A DNA stretch of 26,683 bases from Acutalibacteraceae bacterium (GTDB taxonomy: Bacteria; Bacillota; Clostridia; Oscillospirales; Acutalibacteraceae), in the NCBI GenBank assembly GCA_045605425.1, contig JAZUQA010000004.1, forward strand, positions 1 through 26,683, written 5' to 3'. The notes beneath the pieces were generated by a model. That model did no database searches and had not been told where the DNA came from. It was given only the letters and a program-made list of their open reading frames with translations. Positions 17,930 to 25,690 of the stretch are shown piece by piece. Position numbers and translations under genes: made by a program. The stretch's first letter is position 1; every line of letters begins with the position of its first letter.

Positions 17930-19072
17930 ATGGACCTGCAGCAGATAAGACAGGATATTGACAATATTGACACCCAGCTTGTTGAGCTTTTCAAGCAGAG
18001 ATTGGAAAAGGCGGCAAGCGTTGCAGAATACAAAAGACAAAACTCAATGAGCATATATGACCCCACACGGGAGCGTGCGCTGTTGCAGCGTGTTTCCGAC
18101 CTTGCAGGCGAAGAACACGAGGCTAACACTAGGCTGATGTTTTCGCTGCTGATGGATCTTTCAAAGTCCTACCAGGCTAAGCTGCTTCTGCCTGAATCAA
18201 AATACGAAAAAATAATCGCTTCTGCTCTATCAGATACCTCTCCCCTCTTCCCGGAAAGAGCAACCGTTGCCTGCCAGGGCACAGAGGGTGCATACGCACA
18301 GGTTGCGTGCAACAAGCTGTTTGCACTACCCAACATTATGTACAACAATTCCTTTGAAGGCGTGTTCAACGCAGTAGAATCAGGGCTTTGCAAATACGGC
18401 GTACTGCCGATTGAAAACAGCACGGCAGGCTCGGTCAACAGCATTTACGACCTTATGATGAAGCACAGCTTCTATATCGTAAGAAGCACGAGAGTGCAGA
18501 TTAATCACTGCCTGCTTGTTAAGCCCGGCACAAAGCTTGAGGATATAAAGGAAATTATTTCTCACGAGCAGGCGCTCAGCCAGTCAAGCGATTTTCTCAG
18601 CTCACTTGACGACGTAAAAACCACAGCCTATGCTAACACGGCACTTGCCGCACAGGCAGTTGCCCAAAGTGACAGAAAAGATATTGCAGCCCTCGGCTCT
18701 GCCGAATGTGCCGCACTTTACGGTTTAAGCGTGCTTAAACGAGCAGTCCAGAACAAGGGCAGTAACTACACACGCTTTATCTGCATTTCCAAAAAGCCCG
18801 AGATTTATCCGGGTGCGGACAGGACAAGCCTTATGCTTATTCTTCCCCATAAGCCCGGCTCGCTTTACAAAATCATCTCCCGTTTCTATGCTCACGGCAT
18901 AAATATGACAAAGCTCGAAAGCCGTCCGATTCCCGGCAGCGACTTTGAATTTATGTTCTATTTTGATGTAGGCACTTCGGTTTACTCACCTGCCCTCAAG
19001 CAGCTTATATGTGAGCTTGAAACAGAGCTTGACAATTTCACCTATCTCGGCAGTTATTCGGAGATAGTATAG
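17930..19072 (+). CDS. pheA: Bifunctional chorismate mutase / prephenate dehydratase (P-protein)
   Basis: The N-terminal AroQ-type CM helix bundle (LQQIRQDIDNIDTQLVELFKQRL..) is followed by the PDT domain (VACQGTEGAYAQ.., ENSTAGSV) and a C-terminal ACT domain (TKLESRP...FEFMFYFD). The start is probably ATG 17930, 1 nt after the aroC stop. The alternative is 17912. The stop TAG 19070-19072 overlaps the left end of the MITE-like insertion. Confidence 0.88.
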   Translation: MDLQQIRQDIDNIDTQLVELFKQRLEKAASVAEYKRQNSMSIYDPTRERALLQRVSDLAGEEHEANTRLMFSLLMDLSKSYQAKLLLPESKYEKIIASALSDTSPLFPERATVACQGTEGAYAQVACNKLFALPNIMYNNSFEGVFNAVESGLCKYGVLPIENSTAGSVNSIYDLMMKHSFYIVRSTRVQINHCLLVKPGTKLEDIKEIISHEQALSQSSDFLSSLDDVKTTAYANTALAAQAVAQSDRKDIAALGSAECAALYGLSVLKRAVQNKGSNYTRFICISKKPEIYPGADRTSLMLILPHKPGSLYKIISRFYAHGINMTKLESRPIPGSDFEFMFYFDVGTSVYSPALKQLICELETELDNFTYLGSYSEIV

Positions 19073-19345
19073 GGTGGCGAGAATAATCCGAACCCGCCCA
19101 AAAGCGTGAATTTTTGCGGCTTTTCGGCGTTTCGGATTTGAAAGGCAACAGCCTGTCGGCATCCTCAACATCCCAAAATCCATCAAAAATTTGCACTTTT
19201 GGGTCGCAGATTTTTTACGAAGCGGATTTTTGTCATATCAAGGCACAAAACGCAGTAAATCCTAACGGATTTACGAGTATTTTAACGATGAGATGGCGGA
19301 AATCCGCCCCGCAAAAAACGGGTTCAGATTATACTCACCACCCTA
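19070..19345. mobile_element. MITE-like non-autonomous element (272 bp plus flanking TA/TA) inserted between pheA and aroE/aroK
   Basis: 25-bp terminal inverted repeats: gggtggcgagaataatccgaacccg (19072-19096) versus the reverse complement of 19319-19343, gggtggtgagtataatctgaacccg (22/25 match). TA lies on both flanks (19070-71, 19344-45). There is no credible ORF. Internal perfect hairpins are gtaaatcc-taac-ggatttac (19255-19274) and ggcgga-aa-tccgcc (19295-19308). Confidence 0.7.
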
Positions 19346-19364
19346 AGAAAAGAGATTATGCCTT

Positions 19365-20594
19365 ATGGTTTTCGGACTACTCGGCCGCAAGCTCGGCCAC
19401 AGCTACTCACCACAGATTCATTCATTCTTAGGCGATTACGAATACCCGCTTTACGAAAAAGAGCCCGATGAAATAGCCGATTTTATGATAAACGGCAGCT
19501 TTGACGGAATGAACGTCACTATTCCCTACAAGGAAACCGTTATGCCGTATATGTCGGGGCTTTCCGATTCGGCAAAGAAAATCGGCTCGGTAAACACGGT
19601 TACACGCCTGCCCGACGGCACACTTTACGGCGACAATACGGATTATTACGGTTTTTCGTTTCTGCTTGAAAGCGCAGGCTTTGATGTCAAGGACAAAAAG
19701 GTTATCGTGCTCGGCAACGGCGGTGCCTCCAAAACGGTTGTCTGCGTCTGCCGTGACAAGGGCGCAAGGGAAATAACCGTTATTTCACGCAGGAGTGAAA
19801 CGGACAACTACGAAAATATCACAAAGCATGCCGATGCGGATTACGTAATCAACACAACGCCTGTTGGAATGTACCCGAACAACGGCGAAAGCCCTGTTGA
19901 TTTGTCAATCTTCAAAAGCTGCCAGGGCGTTGCCGACCTCATTTATAATCCGTCAAAAACAAAGTTTATTCTGGATGCCGAAGCGCTCGGAATTCCTGCG
20001 GTAAACGGACTTGTTATGCTCTGCGCCCAGGCAGTTAAGGCGGCAGAAAGTTTTATTAAAACAGATTTTGATAAAAACAAAACGCTTGAAATACTGTCAG
20101 CACTCGAAAAGCAGATGAAAAACATTGTGCTTGTTGGTATGCCCGGCTGCGGTAAATCCACAGCAGGCAAGCTGCTTGCAAAAAAGCTGAACAGAGATTT
20201 AGTTGACACGGACAGCCTTATAGTTGAAAACGAAAAAATGCCCATACCCGAAATTTTCGAGAAATACGGCGAGGAGTATTTCCGCAACGCCGAAGCCAAA
20301 GCGGTTGCCGAAGCCGGAAAAATGAGCGGCAAAATAATCGCAACGGGCGGCGGTGCAATACTGCGTGAGGAAAACAAAACGGCGCTCAGGCAAAACGCCG
20401 TTGTTGTGTACTTAAACCGTGATATTTCATCACTTGCCATTGACGGCAGACCATTGAGCAAAGCAAACAAGCTCCAAGAAATGTACAACACCCGTCTGCC
20501 GCATTACAAAGCGGTAAGCGATATGTCGGTTGAGGTGGATTCCGCCCCCGAAATAACGGTTGAAAGAATACTGAAAGGACTTGAGGAAAAATGA
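19365..20594 (+). CDS. aroE/aroK: Fused shikimate dehydrogenase / shikimate kinase
   Basis: The N-terminal part has AroE motifs (LLGRKLGHSYSPQIH, NVTIPYK, GNGGASK). The C-terminal ~165 aa has the AroK P-loop GMPGCGKST plus DTD and GGG motifs. Confidence 0.88.
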   Translation: MVFGLLGRKLGHSYSPQIHSFLGDYEYPLYEKEPDEIADFMINGSFDGMNVTIPYKETVMPYMSGLSDSAKKIGSVNTVTRLPDGTLYGDNTDYYGFSFLLESAGFDVKDKKVIVLGNGGASKTVVCVCRDKGAREITVISRRSETDNYENITKHADADYVINTTPVGMYPNNGESPVDLSIFKSCQGVADLIYNPSKTKFILDAEALGIPAVNGLVMLCAQAVKAAESFIKTDFDKNKTLEILSALEKQMKNIVLVGMPGCGKSTAGKLLAKKLNRDLVDTDSLIVENEKMPIPEIFEKYGEEYFRNAEAKAVAEAGKMSGKIIATGGGAILREENKTALRQNAVVVYLNRDISSLAIDGRPLSKANKLQEMYNTRLPHYKAVSDMSVEVDSAPEITVERILKGLEEK

Positions 20595-21016
20595 AAATAC
20601 TTGTTATAAACGGTCCTAATTTAAATATGCTGGGTATCAGAGAACCCGAAATATACGGCAGTAAAACCTATGCGGATTTATGCGGTATGATTGCCGCTCA
20701 CTGCGAAGGAAAACAAATTGAGGCCCAGTTCTACCAGTCCAACCGCGAGGGCTGTCTTGTAGATAAAATTCAGGAAGCCTACGGAAAGGTTGACGGAATT
20801 ATCATCAACCCCGGCGCATACACTCACACAAGCGTTGCCCTGCTTGATGCGGTCAAGACTGTAAACATTCCCACAGTTGAGGTGCACATTTCCGACCCCG
20901 ATGAGAGAGAAGAATTCCGCAAGATTTCTTACATACGTGCCGCCTGTATCGCAACGGTAAAAGGCAAGGGCTTTGACGGGTATCTTGAAGCGGTAGATAT
21001 ATTGGCTGATATTTAA
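20591..21016 (+). CDS. aroQ: Type II 3-dehydroquinate dehydratase
   Basis: 141 aa with ILVINGPNLNMLGIREPEIYG, NPGAYTHTSVAL and VEVHISD motifs. An ATGA overlap joins it to aroE/aroK. Confidence 0.9.
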   Translation: MKILVINGPNLNMLGIREPEIYGSKTYADLCGMIAAHCEGKQIEAQFYQSNREGCLVDKIQEAYGKVDGIIINPGAYTHTSVALLDAVKTVNIPTVEVHISDPDEREEFRKISYIRAACIATVKGKGFDGYLEAVDILADI

Positions 21017-21036
21017 ATTTGTATATGAATAAAATT

Positions 21037-21073
21037 AACCCGACCTTGGAGCAAAAAATTCCAAGGTCGGGTT
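21037..21073. terminator. Hairpin terminator at the convergent junction after aroQ
   Basis: Perfect 14-bp stem: aacccgaccttgga (21037-21050) pairs with tccaaggtcgggtt (21060-21073), with a 9-nt A-rich loop. The flanking T/A tracts are modest on both strands. Confidence 0.6.
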
Positions 21074-21076
21074 GTT

Positions 21077-21292
21077 AAATTACAGTTTGTAGGGATCTTT
21101 ATCAATGTAAAATTGATTATCGACCGTAGGGAGCGACGCCCTCGTCGCTCCGATGTAAAACATTATATCAATCTTATGGCGAGCTGTAGGGACAATTCAC
21201 GAATTGTCCGCCGTAAAAGTGATATGACGGTGAATTACGGGCGATTCGTGAATCGCCCCTACAAAACGAATCATATCGACAAACTGTAATTT
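21077..21292. repeat. REP/BIME-like cluster of GTAGGG-headed hairpins bounded by a 14-bp inverted repeat
   Basis: The ends are aaattacagtttgt (21077-21090) and its reverse complement (21279-21292). GTAGGG heads lie at 21089, 21126 and 21186 on the + strand, and one is inverted (ccctac at 21257-21262). The GC-rich stems are ggagcgacg/cgtcgctcc (21130-21151), ggacaatt/aattgtcc (21190-21209) and gggcgatt/aatcgccc (21239-21258). Confidence 0.75.
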
Positions 21293-21295
21293 GTT

Positions 21296-22426
21296 TTACT
21301 GAAACTCTCCGTCAAACAGTTCGTAATTCACGAAGTACTCTTCCGGCACGGCGGGGACATAGAAATAACCGTAATGCTCGTAATCTTCCGGCAGACCGGT
21401 ACGCTCGAACGGAAGCAAATCAAGCCAGATATAAAACCTGTAATACGGCATAAATAGCTGTTGGTTATTGCCCGTATAGTAGATTATATCAACCTTTCTG
21501 ATAAGCCGTTCTTCAACACTTCCGCTTGAAATATACGATACTTCATCTACCGAACTCACATACTGACCATCCAATAGTTTTTCTTTGGCTTCGTCAAAGC
21601 TGATAACGGGATAGTCGCCGAGCTTTTCGGAAAAATCTGTCTGAATGTTAATATTCACAGCGTCTATTTCACCGTTTTCTGAATGAGTAAATCGCATATT
21701 TTTCAGCGTATAGTTTACAACACTTTGCTCTACCATTTCGCCTTTTTCATATTTTTTGTAATAAGACCCCAACGGCTCACCATCTATTGAAAACTCCTGA
21801 TATTTACCCACAACATCATTTTCATTAAACAGGATCGGATATTTCGCTTTGACTGCGGATAAATCCGTCAAGCCTTCGGAATTTTTGAACACAATGCTCA
21901 CTCCGCCATCGCCACCAACAGATACCTGATGGTTTTGCGTTTGAGCAATGACGTTGCGCACTATTTTTTCGTTGAAATCATCCGTAAATTTTTCATAAGA
22001 AATAATTTCTTCGCCTAACAGCTCAGAATATTCCTGTACAACCCTCAACAAATCCTCTTCGGAAAAATACGATTCTTCCTGCCCCTCATAGCGGTATAAA
22101 AGATTTTTGTAAACGGGCAGCTTGTCAATTTTAATCTGCTCATTCCACGGGCTTATATCATCGGAATGTTCAAGGGTAAGGCTGTCACTGCCCTCAAAGC
22201 CCATGCCGCCGAAATCAATTTTCTCAAACTCCAACAGGGGCAGTTGAGAATTCTGAAAAGACTTATAGGCATATACTCCGCCTGCAACAAAGCAGACACA
22301 GGCGGCAACCACAGCAGCTGCTTTGGCAAGAACAAGCAGCTTTCCCTTTTCCTTTGAGGGCACAGCCTCGGCAACAAAGCGCTCGTCAATACCGTTCATT
22401 GCCTTTAAAACAGTTAAACCGTTCAT
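21296..22426 (-). CDS. Membrane-anchored protein co-translated with the sigma factor (putative anti-sigma factor; extracytoplasmic domain of unknown function)
   Basis: 376 aa with a short cytoplasmic N-terminus, one TM helix (LLVLAKAAAVVAACVCFVAGGVYAY) and a ~310-aa external domain. Its ATGA start/stop overlaps the upstream sigma gene. No zinc anti-sigma HxxxCxxC motif was seen. Confidence 0.45.
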   Translation of the reverse strand: MNGLTVLKAMNGIDERFVAEAVPSKEKGKLLVLAKAAAVVAACVCFVAGGVYAYKSFQNSQLPLLEFEKIDFGGMGFEGSDSLTLEHSDDISPWNEQIKIDKLPVYKNLLYRYEGQEESYFSEEDLLRVVQEYSELLGEEIISYEKFTDDFNEKIVRNVIAQTQNHQVSVGGDGGVSIVFKNSEGLTDLSAVKAKYPILFNENDVVGKYQEFSIDGEPLGSYYKKYEKGEMVEQSVVNYTLKNMRFTHSENGEIDAVNINIQTDFSEKLGDYPVISFDEAKEKLLDGQYVSSVDEVSYISSGSVEERLIRKVDIIYYTGNNQQLFMPYYRFYIWLDLLPFERTGLPEDYEHYGYFYVPAVPEEYFVNYELFDGEFQ

Positions 22427-22983
22427 AAATTTACTCCTTCCTTTTCAAGTGTTTCTTTAAGCTCATTCCTCATTCTGAACAAAATGCTTGTAACCTTGCT
22501 TTCGCTTATTGATAAATCCTTTGCTATCTCATTTATGCTGCAAAGATACCAATACCGTTTTACGAAAACAATTCGTTTTTCCTTTGGGCTGTTTTGGAGC
22601 AAAGCATTAATGCACCGTGTTATTGCTTCGCCTTCAAGGTGTGCAAAAACATCCGCCTCGTCCGACAGCGAATTTTCAAGTTCGCCAATAGCAAGCTCTG
22701 CTTGCGTGCCTCCCCTTTTCTGTGCAGAATAATGCTCAAAGCGGTTAATTGAAACATTGCGCACGAGCTTGCCCATATATGTACGCAGGTTTCGGGGCTT
22801 GTTGGGCGGAATTGAATTCCACGCATTAAGCAGGCTGTCGTTGACACATTCCTCCGCATCCTCACAGTTGCGAAGAATGTTGAAGGCAATGCTCCTGCAA
22901 TAGCTGCCGTATTTGGTGCGTGTATGCTCAAGCGCATTTTGATTCCTTTTCCAAAAGAGTTTTACGATTTCGCCGTCATTCAT
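22423..22983 (-). CDS. RNA polymerase sigma-70 family factor, ECF-like
   Basis: 186 aa with region 2 (..IAFNILRNCEDAEECVNDSLLNAW..) and a region 4 HTH (..SINEIAKDLSISESKVTSILFRMRNELK..). AAGGGGGA RBS present. Confidence 0.85.
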   Translation of the reverse strand: MNDGEIVKLFWKRNQNALEHTRTKYGSYCRSIAFNILRNCEDAEECVNDSLLNAWNSIPPNKPRNLRTYMGKLVRNVSINRFEHYSAQKRGGTQAELAIGELENSLSDEADVFAHLEGEAITRCINALLQNSPKEKRIVFVKRYWYLCSINEIAKDLSISESKVTSILFRMRNELKETLEKEGVNL

Positions 22984-23150
22984 TTTGTTTTCCCCCTTTC
23001 ACCTTTATACACAGAAAAGATTGAGATTCATTGCATATATTATAGCACAAATTCCCGTACATTTTTTTGTTTATGATGTTAATTGAAACACATATCAAAT
23101 TATGATATATTAATATATATTATTGTGTCCGAAAGGGAGCTGTGGAAGCT

Positions 23151-24749
23151 ATGAGCAAAACACTTATAATGGCATTTGATATTGGCACGACGGGCGTTAA
23201 GACCTGTCTTTTTGAAGTTGACAAAACCGTAAATCTCATCGGTGCGGCTATGGAGGGCTACTCCCTGCACACAAAGCCCGACGGCTCTGCGGAGCAGATT
23301 CCGTCCGAGTGGTGGAGTGCAATTTGCTCCACGAGCAAAAAGGTTATAGAAAAGACGGGTGTTGACCCCAAGGAAATCGCCGGTATTTCCTTCTGCTCGC
23401 AGATGCAGGGTCTTGTTATAGTTGACGAAAAGGGTGAGCCCATTCGAAACGCATTCAGCTATATGGACCAGCGTGCCAAGCAGGAGCTCAAAGAAAATAT
23501 GGCGTATGGCATACAGATTGCAGGTGCAAATATTTTCAAGCTCATTCCCTCGCTTCTTATCACGGGCGCTGTTTCCGCAAGCGTTAAGGATCCCGTTTAC
23601 AAATACAAGTGGGTTGAAAAGCACGAGCCCGAAAATTTCAAGAAGATTTACAAGTGGCTCGATGTTAAGGAATACATAATCTGCAAGATGACAGGCAAAT
23701 GCGTTATGACGCAGGACTCTGCCTTCGGCACGTTGCTTTACGATATTCGTGACGGTAAGCGTGGCTGGAGCAAGACTGTTTGTAAGCTGCTCGGCGTTGA
23801 TATGAAGCACCTGCCCGAAATCGTAAAATCGACCGACAAGGTTGGCGGACTTACAGATGAAGCAGCGGCTGAGCTTGGCCTTTGCCCCGGTACGGCTGTT
23901 TTCGGCGGTGGCGGTGACGCTTCGCTTATCGGTGTCGGTGCAGGCGCAACAGCACTTGGCGACACTCACGTTTATTCCGGCACATCCGGCTGGGTAGGCA
24001 CGGTTGTTGACAAGAGCATTGTTGACACCTCGGCTATGATTGCCGCAATTGTCGGCGCACAGGACGGCTATTACAACTACTTTGCCGAGCTTGAAACCGC
24101 AGGCAAGTGCCTTGAATGGGTCAAGGATCACCTTGCGCTTGACGAAATCGGCATCTACCTCAAGAAAGAGGACGTTGCCGAAAGCAAGGAAAGCGTATTC
24201 ACCAGCCTTTACGACTATATGACAGACGCTATCAAGGACGTTCCGGCAGGCTGCGGCGGCGTAATCTTCACACCGTGGCTTCACGGCAACCGCTGCCCGT
24301 TTGAGGACCCCAACTCAAGAGGTATGTTCTTCAACATCAGCCTTGAAACTGGCAAGAGTGAGCTTATCCGTGCCGTGCTTGAAGGCGTTTGCTACCACCT
24401 GCGCTGGTTTATTGAAACGCAGGACAAGAAAATCAAGACAAGCGACACTATACGTTTCGTCGGCGGCGGTGCACTTTCCGCACTTACCTGCCAGATTCTT
24501 GCTGACTGCACAGGCAAAACCGTTGAAACAACCAAGAGTCCGCAGAACGCAGGCTCAGTCGGTGCAGCTCTCACGGTTGCTGTCGGTTTGGGCGTTATAG
24601 AAAACCTTGAAAAGGCAAAATCGCTTATCCCTGCCGACGCCACCTACAAGCCCAACCCTGCACTCAAAGGTGTTTACGACAAGAATTTTGAGGTTTACAA
24701 GCAGCTTTACAAGGCAAACAAGAAAAACTTTGCAGCACTTAACGGTTAA
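23151..24749 (+). CDS. FGGY-family carbohydrate kinase (substrate not assignable)
   Basis: The N-terminal MAFDIGTTGVKTCLF phosphate-1 motif, GGGDASLIGVGAG, SGTSGW and the C-terminal FVGGGALS motif mark the FGGY family. The start is set at ATG 23151 (GGGAG 11 nt upstream) rather than the track GTG at 23142. Confidence 0.85.
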   Translation: MSKTLIMAFDIGTTGVKTCLFEVDKTVNLIGAAMEGYSLHTKPDGSAEQIPSEWWSAICSTSKKVIEKTGVDPKEIAGISFCSQMQGLVIVDEKGEPIRNAFSYMDQRAKQELKENMAYGIQIAGANIFKLIPSLLITGAVSASVKDPVYKYKWVEKHEPENFKKIYKWLDVKEYIICKMTGKCVMTQDSAFGTLLYDIRDGKRGWSKTVCKLLGVDMKHLPEIVKSTDKVGGLTDEAAAELGLCPGTAVFGGGGDASLIGVGAGATALGDTHVYSGTSGWVGTVVDKSIVDTSAMIAAIVGAQDGYYNYFAELETAGKCLEWVKDHLALDEIGIYLKKEDVAESKESVFTSLYDYMTDAIKDVPAGCGGVIFTPWLHGNRCPFEDPNSRGMFFNISLETGKSELIRAVLEGVCYHLRWFIETQDKKIKTSDTIRFVGGGALSALTCQILADCTGKTVETTKSPQNAGSVGAALTVAVGLGVIENLEKAKSLIPADATYKPNPALKGVYDKNFEVYKQLYKANKKNFAALNG

Positions 24750-24755
24750 TAAATT

Positions 24756-25358
24756 ATGAGAATCATTGATATTTCAAGAGATTTGTTTGAAGCCGAGGTT
24801 TACCCCGGCGACCCTGAGCCCCGTTTGCAGAGGGTTGAAAGAATGGAAGAGGGCGACGACTGCAACCTTGCCGCACTCTATTTCTGCCTGCACAACGGCA
24901 CGCATATTGATGCACCCAGGCACTTTATTGAGGACGGTATGACTGCGGAAGAGCTTGACCTGAGCCGATTTATAGGCGAATGCTTGGTACTCGAAGTTCC
25001 GGAGGGCCCGATTAACGGCGATTTTATAGACGAAAACGTACCCGAAAGCTGCGAGAGGCTTATTGTAAAGGGCAACGGCAAGGCGTATTTTTCGCAGAGC
25101 GGTGCTTTTGCGGCAGCTTCAATGGGTCTTAAGCTGGTCGGTACGGATTCAAATTCTGTCGGCACACACGGCGCACAGTTAGCTCCCCACAGAGCCTTCC
25201 TCGGCGCTGATATTCCTCTGCTTGAAGGGCTTGACCTTGAAAAAGTTACACCGGGCAAATATTTCCTCGTTGCCCTGCCGATGAAATTCAGCGGCGTTGA
25301 AGCCACACCCACAAGAGCAATTCTCATTTCGGATTTCGTTTTCTGGGGCAAAGCGTAA
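24756..25358 (+). CDS. Cyclase-family protein (arylformamidase/kynurenine formamidase-like fold)
   Basis: 200 aa with HNGTHIDAPRHF (the HxGTHxDxPxH metal motif of the putative cyclase family). It starts 6 nt after the kinase stop. Confidence 0.8.
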   Translation: MRIIDISRDLFEAEVYPGDPEPRLQRVERMEEGDDCNLAALYFCLHNGTHIDAPRHFIEDGMTAEELDLSRFIGECLVLEVPEGPINGDFIDENVPESCERLIVKGNGKAYFSQSGAFAAASMGLKLVGTDSNSVGTHGAQLAPHRAFLGADIPLLEGLDLEKVTPGKYFLVALPMKFSGVEATPTRAILISDFVFWGKA

Positions 25359-25397
25359 AATACCTCTTGACGGCTAATAATAAAATATGGTAATATA

Positions 25398-25422
25398 TTC
25401 GGGCGGTGTAAAACCGCCCGAA
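25398..25422 (+). terminator. Hairpin terminator after the cyclase gene
   Basis: ttcgggcggt (25398-25407) pairs with accgcccgaa (25413-25422), with loop gtaaa. The downstream tract is A/T-rich but not a clean T-run. Confidence 0.55.
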
Positions 25423-25435
25423 GTATTAAAATTCA

Positions 25436-25463
25436 ATATCTGCCTGCATAGTTAAACGGATAT
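25436..25463 (+). pseudogene. Degenerate tRNA-Arg 5' fragment, copy 1 (acceptor plus D-arm only)
   Basis: gcctgcatagttaaacggatat (25442-25463) is 21/22 identical to copy 2 and shares the 5' flank atct. Homology to the tRNA is lost after the D-arm. A perfect 11-bp hairpin, catacaaaatc-aaa-gattttgtatg, follows. Confidence 0.6.
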
Positions 25464-25566
25464 GCGAACTTGACCCACATACAAAATCAAAGATTTTGTA
25501 TGGGTACCCCAAAACCGCGATACTCGCTATCGCTCGTATGAATAAACCCCTTTAAAGTTAACATCT

Positions 25567-25604
25567 GCCTGCATAGTTAAATGGATATAATAAACCCCTC
25601 CTAA
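25567..25604 (+). pseudogene. Degenerate tRNA-Arg(CCT) 5' half, copy 2 (acceptor to anticodon loop)
   Basis: The 38 nt gcctgcatagttaaatggatataataaacccctcctaa match positions 1-38 of the intact tRNA at 33/38. Homology stops exactly after the anticodon loop CTCCTAA. There is no T-arm or 3' acceptor. Confidence 0.7.
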
Positions 25605-25690
25605 TTGTTTGTTATGTCGTTCACTTTTTGATGAAAAGTGATTGACAACAAGTTAATACAGTATCATACAATTCCATAAATTCCACATAT

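Noticed and set aside
19070-19096. Possible T-box or riboswitch in the pheA-aroE spacer (TAGGGTGGCGAG resembles the GGGTGG of the T-box motif)
   Set aside because: The rest of the T-box consensus (..TACCGCG) is absent, as are a specifier loop and a terminator/antiterminator pair. The same sequence recurs inverted at the other end, so it is a terminal inverted repeat.
19114-19431. 105-aa ORF spanning the MITE-like element and the start of aroE
   Set aside because: It starts inside the repeat element, runs out of frame into aroE, and has no RBS or motif. aroE at ATG 19365 has the canonical LLG..GHS.SP..H N-terminus.
19943-20491. 182-aa minus-strand ORF
   Set aside because: It lies antisense to the aroE/aroK fusion, is Ser/Ala/Phe-rich and low-complexity, and has no RBS.
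23142-23150. GTG 23142 as the start of the FGGY kinase
   Set aside because: The GGGAG RBS ends only 2 nt before it. ATG 23151 has proper spacing.
23100-24284. 394-aa minus-strand ORF, the longest unassigned ORF in the track
   Set aside because: It is entirely antisense to the FGGY kinase, which has all the family motifs. Its product is rich in N, C, A, V, L and R codons, typical of reverse-frame reading. It has no RBS, and its start lies in the AT-rich promoter region.
24878-25351. 157-aa minus-strand ORF
   Set aside because: It lies antisense to the cyclase-family gene, which carries the HxGTHxDxPxH motif.
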